DNA of 63,172 bases, the filler included, from Octopus bimaculoides (taxonomy: Eukaryota), in NCBI RefSeq assembly GCF_001194135.2. It is 5 parts of 4 records of this genome, joined end to end, with 100 filler letters (N's around TTAATTAATTAA, not from the genome) between each part and the next. Parts side by side here need not be neighbours in the genome. Positions count along the whole stretch, not along the records: positions 24,244 to 31,515 come from NC_069004.1; positions 31,616 to 40,194 come from NC_068983.1; 3 more parts are not named here. One strand, written 5' to 3'. The notes beneath the pieces were generated by a model. That model saw nothing but the letters and a program-made list of their open reading frames with translations, had not been told where the DNA came from and did not search any database. The translations under genes were made by a program, and so were the position numbers. Positions 25,495-38,439 of the stretch are shown here, piece after piece. Positions within the stretch are counted from its first letter, which is position 1; every line of letters begins with the position of its first letter.

Positions 25495-25830
25495 TGAAGG
25501 CAGATGGCTAGGTGGTTAGGGTATTCGCCTCACAACCATAAGGTTGTGAGTTTGATACCCAGCGGCGTCTTGTGTCCTTGAGAAAGACACAGTTATTTCA
25601 CGTTGTTCCAGTTCACTCACCTGGCAAAAATGAGTAGTACTTGCATTTCAAGGGGTCAATTTTGTTACATTCTGTGTCACGCTGAATCTTCCAGAGTGCT
25701 ATGGTAATGGTATGCAAGTCTGTGGAGTGCTCAGCCACTTGCAGTTTAATTTCAGGTGCAAGCTGTTCCGTTGATTGGATCTACTCGTCTTCGCAAACGA
25801 CGTCTTCACAACCGACGGAATGTCAGTCAA
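25495..25830 (+). mobile_element. tRNA-SINE family C
   Basis: Head GGTTAGGGTATTC..; body shared with 11375-11765. Confidence 0.75.
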
Positions 25831-25899
25831 TCCACAACACGAAAATCCGGTCTGTCACCCGAAAACTATTGATCAGTCTTGTTCTATATTATTTTCAAA

Positions 25900-26104
25900 T
25901 TGTGGCACAAGGCCAGACATTTTCGGGAAAAGAGGCTAATTAGATAAAATGGACCCCGGTGCTCAGCCGGTATTTACTTTATCGACTCCGAAAGGACGAA
26001 AGGCAAAGTCTACCTTGGTAGAATTTGAACTGAGAACGTAAAATCGAACGAAATACCGCTAAGTATTTTACCCCGTGTGCTAACAATTCTGTCAGCTCAT
26101 TGCC

Positions 26105-26105
<1 letters not shown>
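25900..26105 (-). mobile_element. tRNA-SINE family B
   Basis: Reverse complement of the family B consensus. Confidence 0.8.
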
Positions 26106-26140
<35 letters not shown>

Positions 26141-26158
26141 TGTGTGTGNNNNNNNNNN

Positions 26159-26184
<26 letters not shown>

Positions 26185-26191
<7 letters not shown>

Positions 26192-26390
26192 CGTCCCTCG
26201 GCACTGCTTGACAACCGGTGTTGGTTTGTTTACATCTCCGTAACGTAGTGGTTCTGACAAAGAGATTGACAGACTAAGTACGAAACTTTGAAAATATTAA
26301 TGCTGGGGTCGATTCCCTCGACTAAAACTCTTCAAGACAGTGCCCCAGTAGGGCCGTAGTGCAATGACTAAAACAAGTAAAAGATAAAAG
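26185..26390 (+). mobile_element. SINE family A, 3' half
   Basis: CTTGACAACCG..GTTTACATC..CAATGACTAAAACAAGTAAAAGA tail. Confidence 0.65.
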
Positions 26391-26559
26391 ATTAGATACT
26401 GCAGACATAGTTGTACTCTCTAAAAAGACAGGATAGTCACGACTGGATGTCTTTTAGTCATAAGTTTGACCTTGAGCTAAACACAAAAGCATACCAACGC
26501 TATCACACCACGTTATTATCTATTGGCATTTTGTAAAGTTGTTCACGCCTCTCACTTGC

Positions 26560-27740
26560 CGGTCGGCTGAAGTGTTCACAGGCTGACCAGCATACTTTCA
26601 TGGAGTATGACCAAGTGAGGTTTATTTTTCAACATAGTGCCCCTTGCGGTCCACACACTTCTTCCATCGGTGTTGCAGTGGTTGGATTCCATTGGTGACG
26701 ACGTTTCCATCTTGTTGGTCAAAAACAGTTATCAGCAACCGATATGACGTCATCATCACTGCGATACTGGTTCCCAGCCAAATGCTTTTTCATGTTGGGG
26801 AACAGACGGTAATTAGATGTGGGGTGGCGAGCTGGCAGAAAAGTTAGCACACCGGGCGAAATACTTAGCAGTATTTCGTCTGTCGCTACGTTCTGAGTTC
26901 AAATTCCGCCGAAGTCGACTTTGCCTTTCATCCTTTCGGGGTCGATTAAATAAATTCCAGTTACGCACTGGGGTCGATATAATCGACTTAATCCGTGTTT
27001 GTCCCCTCTGTGTGTAGCCCCTTGTGAACAGTAAACAAATAAGATGCGGGGTGGGCGAGGCCAAATAAGGAAAATGGAGAGGGTGATCATCTGGTACAAA
27101 GCTACAGTCACGCACAGCATCCCTTTCAACCAAGGAATTGTGTGCTGGAGAATTCTCCTGATGAAACAACACCCGTTCCGTCAAATTTCCTGAGCGTTTG
27201 GTTTCGATAGCTTTTCGTAACTGCCTCAGCAGGTGGCCATAGTACTCTTCATTGATGGTGTGGCTTTTTTGAAGATAGCCAATGAACACAATGCTTTTAC
27301 ATCCCCAAACACTGAAGCCATCAACTTCCCTGCAGATAAAACTACCTTAGCTTTATTTGGAGCTGGTGAGGAGGGGCGGCCCCACTGCACGGATTCAGTC
27401 TTTGTCTCTGGCTGAAAGTGATGAGGTCAACGATCACCCTGGGTTAGGAAACGTTCAAGGAAACTAACTGGAGCTGCCAGAAACAAAGTGCCATTTTCTT
27501 GTGATGTGATCAGCTTAGTGTACTTTTGATCAGGCGTCAGAAGACGTGGCGGTTACCAAGCAGAAACCTTCGTCATGCCAAGTTCATTGTGTTGAATGTT
27601 CTCAACTCTCTCACGGGATATGCTAATAGCATTGGATATTTGATTAATTGCCAATCGCCTGTCATCCACCACCATGTAACGAACACGATCAATGTTTTCC
27701 TCGGTAGTGGAAGTGGCAGGACGCCCAGACATCTGTGGGG
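26560..27740 (-). pseudogene. mariner (irritans-like) transposase remnant interrupted by a SINE
   Basis: SGRPATSTTEENIDRV..ELGMTKVSAW; TINEEYY..LRQLRKAI..VLFHQENSPAH; HLFPNMKKHLAG. Confidence 0.88.
26821..27040 (+). mobile_element. tRNA-SINE family B inserted in the mariner
   Basis: Family B sequence splitting the mariner frame between 26820 and ~27045. Confidence 0.85.
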
Positions 27741-28029
27741 GTGGATGTTTGTATATATGTATATGTACATGCATACATACATACGTACGTACATAAGCAT
27801 ATACATATATACATACATATATACATACATATATATAGATGTATGTATGTATGTATGTATGTATGTATGTATAGAGAGCGAGATAAATATGGGTATGCGT
27901 GTACAATTATATACACATATGTGTGTGCGTATGTGTATGTATATGTGTGTGTGTGTGTGCGTGTGTGTGAGTGTGAGAATTTACGAAAAGAACAAAAGAC
28001 GAAGACGGGTGTGTAAACAACAAACAGAT

Positions 28030-28560
28030 TATTAGTTTAACGCTCGAGAAGTGAGAAAGTCTTTTACGTTTCGAGCCTACGCTCTTCGACAAAAAGGAAC
28101 ACAGAAATAAACAGAGAGAGAAAATAAAAAGAGGGTTTAGTGGCTAGCGATCTATCATGGCGACTGCCGGATAGAAGTGTCAGACAAGAGAACTAGGAAA
28201 AAGGGGAATATATGTGCTTTGATATACTTTAACCAGTTTATGAAGATTGATATATATGTGGATTTGTCCAAATATATGTATCATTTCATCTGGTAATGAT
28301 GATATATACAAACTTCAACCATTAATATCCCATTTTTGTTTATAATGGCCAGATTTTAGAAATATTAATATATGTATAGTTATATATAAATGATAAAGTG
28401 TAGTATATTGCCACTTAAGTGTGGCTGACCCCTAGGGGTGGATGTCGATAAGCCAGCTGGAGGAGATGTCCTCCTGGGGCTAAAAGCAACAGTAACATCC
28501 ACCCCTAGGGGTCAGCCACACTTAAGTGGCAATATACTACACTTTATCGTGCAGTTACTG
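28030..28560. mobile_element. Penelope-like terminal region with a hammerhead-like motif and a 54-bp perfect inverted repeat
   Basis: Hammerhead-like core at 28059-28096 (-); arms at 28392-28445 and 28495-28548. Confidence 0.5.
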
Positions 28561-28973
28561 TTAATACTTCATTTAGAGAATTAACATTGCTTATATATAA
28601 ATGATTATGTGTATATGTATGTAAGTATGTTTGTTCATGTGTGTATACATATATGTATGTATGTATTTATGTATGTATGTATGTATGCATGTATGCATGC
28701 ATGTATGTATGTATGTATGTATGTATAAAACAAACGCTCGCTGAAAGGTAACTTCATGTATTTATATAGTCTTGGATCAACTTGTGAACGGAACATGGTA
28801 GTTGCAACATAGCTGTCATTTCAGAGAGTTTTGTGATAGGTAACATAATTTTTTTATGGGACGTTTAATTGAACAATGAGAAATATGAACTTAATATTAA
28901 CATATTAACATATATTAATATATTAAACTGAAGTTAAATTTTTTCAATTGATGTGTATATTTAATTTTGAGAG

Positions 28974-29184
28974 TTGTTCGAGGTGATTTGGCCACACATC
29001 CGGGACTCCACTACTAGGAAAATTCCCGTAAGCAAGCACCTAGACCAATGTCTCGTAGACATAAACCCTAAATACCAAATCTTCCCTCTCTATCAATGTA
29101 CTGGAAACACTTCAACCCGTTTCCGTTTAAATAAGGAAAACATACTGATTAAAAAAATATAAACCACAGCTAAATATCATTTAG
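28974..29184 (+). pseudogene. Penelope-like GIY-YIG endonuclease C-terminal fragment
   Basis: HIRDSTTRKIPVSKHLDQC..KYQIFPLYQC..RLNKENILIKK-YKPQLN (H..H..C..E..I..LN pattern). Confidence 0.65.
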
Positions 29185-29189
29185 AAAGA

Positions 29190-30235
29190 AGAAAATGCAG
29201 TAACAAGAAAAGAAAAAAGTCTCGATTGTCGTGTCTGCGCTTGTACTCTTTCTGTGCAAGACTTCCACAAGCACTAACAATGTGAGTCACGCTTTCGATC
29301 CTCTTCCAACACATTCTACAGAGGTTCGTTCCACTTGTTTGGTGTATATCCCTTTTCACTGAGTTGGTATTCAATGCCTGGTCTTGGGCAGCGATGATTA
29401 GGCTTTCAGTATTCTTTTTCAGGTCACCCTCCATGATGCCTCCTGGTCTTTTAATTTATTACTTTCACGGTGGAACTGACCATGTAATTCCATGCGGAGT
29501 AGGATTTCTTCTCTCTCGTTGGCTGTTCTTGATCGAAATTCATGAGCACTCTCAAGTCCATTTTTGGTAAATCCTTCTGCATTAGCAGCATACTGTAGCA
29601 AGTCTTGTTTGATGTTTACCAAATAGTCTGCCATGCTGCTTCTTTCACTGTTGATGCACCCTCATACGCTAATCAGCCCACGTCCACCTATACCCCTCTT
29701 CATGTAAAACCTGAGTACATTCGCCTTAGGGTAGAGGGCACCATGCATTGCCATTGTCTTTCGGGTAGTGCGATCGAGTTGGTTAATCTCCGCTTGTGTC
29801 CATTTCAGGATGGGTACACTATAGCGGACTATAACAACAGCCCACATGTTGATGGCAGTCACAAGGTTCCTGGAGTTGAGTTTTGATTTCAAGAGACGTT
29901 TGAGGTGCTTGAAATATGCAGTGATGACCTTGTCTTTCATTTCTTTGTGCAATATATTGTCCAGCTCCAGGATCCCAAGGTACTTGTACTCATCATCAAC
30001 GGGTCTTCCATTCTCACTCCGTTTGACAATTCTATGCCTCTACCATTTACTTTTTCCCCGCTTCACAGTGAGCACCGCACAATTCGAGATACTGAATTCC
30101 GTCCCTATATCCTTACTGTACATCTGCACAGTCTCAACCACCCTCTCCATTTCAGGCTGTTTTTGCGAAAAGTTTTAAATCATCCATGAAGAGAAGATGG
30201 TTGAGACGAGATCCATTCTTTCTCAGCCCATAGTG
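29190..30235 (-). pseudogene. R4/Dong-like RT to CCHC fragment
   Basis: EYKYLGILELD, NLVTAINMWAV, LYPKANVLRFYMKRGIGGRGL, LKKNTESLIIAAQDQALNT..CRMC..HIVSAC..YKRRHD. Confidence 0.9.
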
Positions 30236-30289
30236 CGCGTTGACTTTACGTAGGGCTACAGAAAGTGGGATCAATGCTATAAGAAATAT

Positions 30290-30351
<62 letters not shown>

Positions 30352-31075
30352 GCCTTTGCACAGCTTCTAACGCTGGAGATGTACTACAGTGTCAGCTGTT
30401 CACTACCAGTGAACTAAGGTAACACCTCTTATTTTTCGAGCACCTTCCGGAGTATTCGAATGGTTCCAAACAGTGCTGTTTTCTGCAAGTGCTCCACCCT
30501 TATTGCAGCCCCTATTTGTTCCACGTACTTCTCAAAATTTTTGCTCATTGTTCCCAGGGCTCCGACAATTATTGGTACTACGGCTACCTTTTTCATCGAC
30601 CACAACTGCTTAACTTCCCAATCTCACTTGTCATATCTCTCGACTTTTCTTTCTTCCTTATCGCATACCTTGTTGTCAGCTGGACATACTATATCTATGA
30701 TCCAGCATAGTTTGTTTAATTTCTCAAGTAAGACTATATCCGGCTTCTTATTCTCTATCTCATGGTTGCACTGAATCATAAAATCCCATAGGATCTTTGC
30801 ATTTCTATTTTCGACGATGCCTTCAGGTTTGTGGTCGTACCACATTTTTGCTCTGTCAAGTCGATAGTTGTTACAGAGTGTCCAATGGACAAGCCTGGCT
30901 ATATTGTCGTGGCGTCTCTTATATTCCTTCTGGGCTAGTGGCGTACATTGGCTGGTAATATGCCATACGGTTTCACCGTTTTGTCCACATAGTCTGCACT
31001 TATCACTTTCTGCTTTGTTGTCTATTCTGTATTTTATGTAGTTTGTTCTTAGTGCTTGCTCTTGGGCAGCACAGA
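30352..31075 (-). pseudogene. R4/Dong-like 3' end (CCHC, RLE, 3' UTR) ending in (AAT)n
   Basis: CAAQEQALRTNY..CRLC..HITSQC..RRHD..KPDIVL..IIDIVCP..KVERY; the 3' UTR abuts (ATT)n at 30291-30351. Confidence 0.92.
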
Positions 31076-31615
31076 TTAGATATATAGAAGCAGAGGATAG
31101 ATCAATAGAAAAGGAAGGTGGAGGAAAACAAATTGCGAACGATTCACTTTTCTGCATAGTTTGTATGTCGTCCGATGATTTTTAACGAATCAAGCATATC
31201 TCTGGGAAAAATGTCGATTCATATCCGTCTTCATTGCAGAAGTTTCGGCAAATAAAGTTGTTAATTTTTCATTGCATGGGTGTTGAACTGGGTGTTGTCA
31301 TATCGCTACGCATGAAATATTAACAAATTAAAATTGAATAGAAAAGCAACCATTTACTAACAAAACTAATATTTGTCGATGACTAATGCAGTTGTTATAT
31401 CTACTTTTGAAATGCTTCCGATCACGTCTATTTTTAGCTGAATGTATCACCCCCAGCGTGTACTGAAGTTTTAATGTCAGAGTAGCTATACTGTAGCTTC
31501 TTGCAACATATATATNNNNNNNNNNNNNNNNNNNNNNNNNNNNNNNNNNNNNNNNNNNNTTAATTAATTAANNNNNNNNNNNNNNNNNNNNNNNNNNNNN
31601 NNNNNNNNNNNNNNN

Positions 31616-31649
<34 letters not shown>

Positions 31650-32024
31650 CACATAAATATATATATGTATATATATGTATATATATATATATGCATCTAT
31701 GTATATATAAATTAAATATATATATATATAAAAAAATATATATGAGCACATATAAATATACATATATAAACGCACACAAATATGTATATATATTGAACAT
31801 ACACACCAACACCCAGACACACACACACGCAGTTATAGAGGAGGAATGAAAAGGATATATACCACACCCATCATCAATCGTTAAAAAAAAGTAGCTAAGC
31901 AACAAAGAAGAGAAGTTTCAAACTTTCCCGGAAAATAAAACAGAATTACTGCAGCCATAGCACACTCTCCAGAGATTTGACTGAAAATTAATGAAGGCAT
32001 AATAATAATAATGATAATAATAAT

Positions 32025-32080
<56 letters not shown>

Positions 32081-32163
32081 TAACAATAATAATGATAATA
32101 ATCATAGCAATAATAATAACAATAACAATAACAATAATAATGATAATAATAGCAATAATAATG

Positions 32164-32216
<53 letters not shown>

Positions 32217-32392
32217 GATAATAACAATAACAATTAGATAAGTAATAACAATATAGCTAATAAAAGATTACATGTAAATTCATCTGCCAATTTATTAGTA
32301 TTCAAAACATAGAGTCTTTTGTTTGTTTGCAAGAGAGGATTGAAAAAAATAGATAGGAAGGATTACAAAATGCGAGAGCGTTAAATTGAGAC

Positions 32393-32425
<33 letters not shown>

Positions 32426-32481
32426 TGTATGTATGTATGTATGTATGTATGTATGTATGTATGTATGTATGTATGTATGTT

Positions 32482-32529
<48 letters not shown>

Positions 32530-32648
32530 TACATATATAAGTGTGTGTGTGTATATGTATACGTATGCGTATGTATGTGTATATATATGTGTATGTATAT
32601 GTGTATATATGTATACATATGCATATATATCTATATATAGTGGGTGTC

Positions 32649-32693
<45 letters not shown>

Positions 32694-32829
32694 TAGAGAG
32701 AGAAACAGGTATAATGCACATAAACATATGAATGTGCTAGAATCTAATATGTATATATGCGCGTGTGTTCGTTTGTGCAGCACGTATGTTCGTACATGTA
32801 TCTATCATATATGTAATGTATACATACAT

Positions 32830-32888
<59 letters not shown>

Positions 32889-33163
32889 TGCAATGATAAG
32901 TGCACATACACACGCACACGAACTTACGTATACTTAGATAAATATCTCATACTAGATGCACGTGTGTATGCTAAGGTATGTAATAGTTATGTTTGTAAAT
33001 GTATAATTTTATCAGGTGAAAATAAAAATTGCAGATAATGAGAAAAAGAAAATGTAGGATACAGACGAAAAATGAGTAATACAACGACACAAGAAAATTA
33101 TTGAGTTGAATATTAGAATGGATATATAAATTTAACAGAAATATTTTCCATTGTTTATAGAAT

Positions 33164-33481
33164 AGGAGTGGCTGTGTGGTAAGAAGCTTGTTTCCCAATC
33201 ACATGGTTCCAGGTTCAGTCCCACTGGATGACATCTTCGTCAAGTGTCTTCTACTATAGCCTCAGGCCGACCAAAGCTTTGTGAATGGATTTGGTAGACG
33301 GAAACTGAAAGAGCCCGTCGTTGGCGTGTTCACGCCCCCGAAACGTAGCCGTTCGGCAAAACAGACCAATAAAATAAGAAATAGGCTTATAAAGAATAAG
33401 TTCTGGGGTGGATTTTCGACTAAAAGCGGTGCTCCAACATGGCCGCAATCAAATGACTGAAGCAAGTAAGAGAATAAAAGA
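33164..33481 (+). mobile_element. tRNA-SINE family A with internal deletion
   Basis: Family A head joined to the family A tail. Confidence 0.8.
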
Positions 33482-33618
33482 ANNNNNNNNNNNNNNNNNN
33501 NNNNNNNNNNNNNNNNNNNNNNNNNNNNNNNNNNNNNNNNNNNNNNNNNNNNNNNNNNNNNNNNNNNNNNNNNNNNNNNNNNNNNNNNNNNNNNNNNNNN
33601 NNNNNNNNNNNNNNNNNN

Positions 33619-33649
<31 letters not shown>

Positions 33650-34944
33650 TACATATATATCTTTGTGTGTGTGTGTATTTTACTTTTTACTTCAATCGTT
33701 GGGCTGCAGCAGATGTAAAATCATTAAACAACAAACAAACAAAATTTCAGAAATTAAGACTTCAATTAATAATAGGTCGTTAAACTCCTATGCTATAATA
33801 TTACAGTAAACCCACTTATCATCGTTTGAAATGATCCTGAAGAGCAGCACATATTTAAAATAAAAGGCAGAAGAGCATAAATTTCTCAGATAGTTCATAT
33901 TTTAAATATTTTCAACAGCTGTTTCATTAGGAATTACCTCAATTAATTCTATAAGTATATAATTAAAATACATAATTAGTAAATATTTATTTGTATTAAT
34001 TTAATTTAATTATATATCGTAATTACGTTATTATGGAATTAATTGTAATTTCTTGTGAAAGATTTTAAAACTAATGAAGCATCTTAGTAATGAAACATCT
34101 GTAAATCAAATTAATTTAGTTCGATGTCTATCACAGATTATAAAGAATATCACGGGCTACATATGTTAATCATTGATCGTTGCTGGTTTAAAGACATGCA
34201 CAGACACGCACGCGCGCGCACACACACATGCATGTATGTTTGTGTATATATAAGTATATGCATGCCTACATATTAACTGCGATGAACAGAATATGTAGTC
34301 TTATCTATCCGCATGTATAAATATTGAAAAAGTATGAAAAATTAAATGTTTTCACTTTGTTTATGACTGCCACCGTTAATAATTCCATACGTTTGCTAAA
34401 AAAATTAGTCTTGGATTTACCATATATATATATATATATATANNNNNNNNNNNNNNNNNNNNNNNNNNNNNNNNNNNNNNNNNNNNNNNNNNNNNNNNNN
34501 NNNNNNNNNNNNNNNNNNNNNNNNNNNNNNNNNNNNNNNNNNTATGTGTGTGTGTGTGTTCGAGTGTGTATTCTCTTCTATTATTCTTAGTCGTCTTGGT
34601 TTCTGACAAACATACAAAGCTTATTCGTTGGAATGTAGATAAAAACAGTCTTCGATGCTTGTGTTGTATGTGTTATGTGCGAATTAACTGGTTGGATTCT
34701 GTGTCTCAAAACTCCTATTTATCATGACTGTCAATTAGGCATTTACTGTCAAAACCAAGTGCACCAATTATTATTGGTATAAATGTGAATTTATATAACC
34801 CGAGTATAGAAGCTGAAGTTTTGAGGAAGTTATTCTTTATTTTGAAAGTAATATTTACATCAGTGGGGCATCTGCTACATCAGACAATACATACTTTTTC
34901 TTCTCCCTCCCAAACAATAATATCCAGCCTGTTGTGTGTACATT

Positions 34945-35345
34945 TACTCTTTTTTACTCTTTTACTTGTTTCAGTCATTTGACTGCGGCCATGCTGGAGC
35001 ACTGCCTTTAGTCGAGAAAATCGACCCCAGGACTTATTCTTTGGAAGCCTAGCAATTATTCTATCGATCTCTTTTTGCCGAACCGATAAGTTACGGGGAC
35101 GTAAGCACACCCGCATCGGTTGCCAGTGATGGTGGGGGGACAAAAACAGACACACAAACATATATAAATATATACATATATACGACGGGCTTCTTTCAGT
35201 TTCCGGCTACCCAATCAACTCACAAGGCTTTGGTCGGCTCGAGGCTATAGTAGAAGACACTTGCCCAAGGTGCCACGCAGTGAGACTGAACCCTGAACCA
35301 TGTGGTTGGTAAGCAAGCTACTTACCACACAGCCACTCCTGCGCC
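34945..35345 (-). mobile_element. tRNA-SINE family A, full length
   Basis: Head at 35345 and tail TCTTTTACTCTTTTACTTGTTTCAGTC at 34950. Confidence 0.85.
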
Positions 35346-35379
35346 TACTTAGTAGAAGTGTTAATGAGAGTGTTTCACT

Positions 35380-35830
35380 AATATTCCTTCAGTTGATGTT
35401 TATTTACGTGTTCAATAACAAGGGGGCTTCTCTATATTTTCCCCTGGCCAGTCAGTTTTTCAGATGGCATTGTATATTTTTGTAGCGACCACATCGTGTT
35501 TCATTGAGAGTTAGTGCCTTCATGACATTTTAGGTAGGTGCTGATCACATGTATTACATGTCCCACAGAAATGTGACATAATCTTTGGTTAAATCTTGGG
35601 TCCACTTCACTGAGTCTTTAGTTTATTAGGTATTTTGTAGCAATCTTCTGTTCTTGGTTTGAAAATGCATTGCTTTTGAAGAGTGATATGATGTGGCAAT
35701 CACGAGTCCCCTAGCGGCTGCTCTTCATATCGATGTTACTACGTGTTAAAGGCATTTTTGGTATACTGAGCTTTTCACACTCACCAAACTTTCTTTGATA
35801 TATGTTAGTTCAACTGAAGTTGGAAAAGCT
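35380..35830 (-). pseudogene. Highly decayed R4/NeSL-like fragment (same family as 11900-12925)
   Basis: NQEQKIATKYLI, RLCHISV..HVIS, KHDVVATKIYNAI across frames. Confidence 0.6.
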
Positions 35831-35834
35831 GAAA

Positions 35835-36095
35835 TATAGTCGACCAGCATGCGCTGGCGAAGGTCTTTCCCCATAGGCTCATAAGGCCGGTTTCCCGGTT
35901 TGTGTGGCGTATATGTTCCCTGCTGGACAGGATTCTGGTTCGTCACGGGATTATTAATTTTTGCCAACCGAGTGGAATGGAACAACGTGAAATGATGTTT
36001 TGATAAAAAACGCAACGATTCACCCGGTCCAGAAATCGAAGACAAAATCTTAAGGTCATGAGTGTATCACTCTAACCACTAAGCCACGCGCCTCT
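35835..36095 (-). mobile_element. tRNA-SINE family D
   Basis: tRNA-like head GCGCGTGGCTTAGTGGTTAGAG at the right end, with a distinct body. Confidence 0.65.
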
Positions 36096-36281
36096 ACAGA
36101 CACACATATCGGGAAAGAATAAGTACTGCTGTTTTCGTTTAAAATATATTAATTAATCCTCTGCTATGAATGTACTGTTTTCTTTTTTGCATATTCAAGG
36201 TAGGGTAACCGCTCTTCTGATGATTCCTATTTACAACCATCCTCTACTCTCCAAGCAATCACAATCTTGACTTATGTGCGC

Positions 36282-36439
36282 AGGAATGGCTGTGTGGTAA
36301 GTAGCTTGCTTACCAACCACATGGTTCCAGGTTCAGTCCCACTGCGTGGCACCTTGGGCAAGTGTCTTCTACTATAGCCTTGGACCGACCAAAACCTTGT
36401 GAGAGGATTTGGTAGACAGAATCTGAAAGAAGCCCGTCG

Positions 36440-36442
<3 letters not shown>
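36282..36442 (+). mobile_element. tRNA-SINE family A, 5' part
   Basis: Family A consensus. Confidence 0.85.
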
Positions 36443-36472
<30 letters not shown>

Positions 36473-36725
36473 GCTTACCTACCTACCTNNNNNNNNNNNN
36501 NNNNNNNNNNNNNNNNNNNNNNNNNNNNNNNNNNNNNNNNNNNNNNNNNNNNNNNNNNNNNNNNNNNNNNNNNNNNNNNNNNNNNNNNNNNNNNNNNNNN
36601 NNNNNNNNNNNNNNNNNNNNNNNNNNNNNNNNNNNNNNNNNNNNNNNNNNNNNNNNNNNNNNNNNNNNNNNNNNNNNNNNNNNNNNNNNNNNNNNNNNNN
36701 NNNNNNNNNNNNNNNNNNNNNNNNN

Positions 36726-36760
<35 letters not shown>

Positions 36761-37684
36761 GCATGTGTATGTGTGTGTGTGTGTGTGTAAAAGGTTGAAA
36801 AGGAACAGACGAGTTGATATATATATGGAAGAAAGTCAGGGTAGAAAATGCTAAAAACATTTTAGAGTACTGGTTTTCAACCCTACGTATGGAAAACAAT
36901 TAAATTTGAAAGAATACTTGCATAGTATTCAAATATAAGGGGTATTTTCCTTGTTTCTGCCTGTCTCTGTGTCTCTTGTTTACTCTTGTGGGTTCGAGGT
37001 CGTTGTGAATTCTTGGCAGAGAAGAAAAAGAAGAAGTAGTAGAATGTTAAATGGTCAAGTGCTCTGAAAGTGACTTGCGGTAGTAGCGATTGAATTCTTG
37101 AGATATCTCTTTTGAATGTATTGTTTATAATATTTGCGTAGGTGTTATTCTAAATAGCAGTAGTAGTAAAGTAAGGAAGTAGGTGGGTCTTCCCAAAAAC
37201 CGTCTGACCGCCAGTGTTGGATTGTTTGCATCCTTGAAATCGAGAGATGATAGAATGAGTACTATACTTCAAAACTAAATAACGGAGTCGGTTGATTTGA
37301 TCTACTAAACCCTTTAGACAAAGTGCTGCTCCAGCATGACCGCAACCTAACAATTGAAACTAGTAGTAGAGTAGAAAAGTATGTATATATATATATAATG
37401 CGTGTGTGTATGTGTGTGGCAGTCTGTATGGAAATGTGTGAGTGCAAGTTTATTTGTGTTTTCGTCCTGTCAGTAAGTCTATATCACCATATGGAGGTCA
37501 GTTTGTGTGTATATACTCGTGTATTTGTATATGTAACGGTATGGATACATATATTTGTGAATGTATAATAGATAGCATTGGTTGATCGTATTATAATTGC
37601 CAATTAAAAAATTCCTAGGCAAATTGTATAAATATCTTCCCAAATATTCTTAACTAGATTTTAAGGGGTTATTTCTTATATATG

Positions 37685-37727
<43 letters not shown>

Positions 37728-37777
37728 TGTATGAATATATATATACATATATATATGTGCATATGCATACAGATATT

Positions 37778-37813
<36 letters not shown>

Positions 37814-38439
37814 ATGTACATGTACATACATACACTCACACACATATATACATATCATAAAACATTTGGTTCGACATGTAGTCTACGTGAGTAGTCATGT
37901 GTTTTGAAAGTTGTCAAGAGGTTAAAAAAAAAACGCAGCAAAAAAATATGTAGAAACTCCTTTGGTGGCATCTAAAAGAAGTTTTTGTACCAAACCGGAT
38001 TTTTCTCTGCGATGTTACTTAAAGAAAATTCAGTTGTAAATAAGAATTAGAATAAATAAATGTAGGACATTGTACGCCTACTGTTTCTGAGCGTCAAAAG
38101 AGAAGTTTATTAGCTCATTGTCTCTAACGCTGGTTTCAAACGTAGGCGCTAAAAAGAAAATGTGTTTTGAGGAATGGTTCTCATAAGTTAACTCACCTCT
38201 ACTATTTAACTCATCTATATTTTCTGTTCGTGAGAAAACTGAAAGGCCAAAATTATCTTGATGAAATTCGAACCCAGAGCATAAAGAAACTTGATGTAAT
38301 TAAATAGTACACGGAAAGACCTCAGTGGTTCTACCAAATCTGCTAATCTTACAGAAATAATGTTTTTTTTATACAGAGGCAAGGATCGAAACTGCCTTTA
38401 TACTAACGGCACATCATTCTATAATCCTTTCTGCTGTAA

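Noticed and set aside
31564-32937. ORFs of YI, HT, CV, RE, poly-I or poly-N type, here and elsewhere
   Set aside because: They are translations of microsatellites.
38076-38240. Apparent - strand exon pair FSRTENIDELNSR / APTFETSVRD
   Set aside because: The acceptor derives from a decayed family B SINE and the intron would be only 48 nt.
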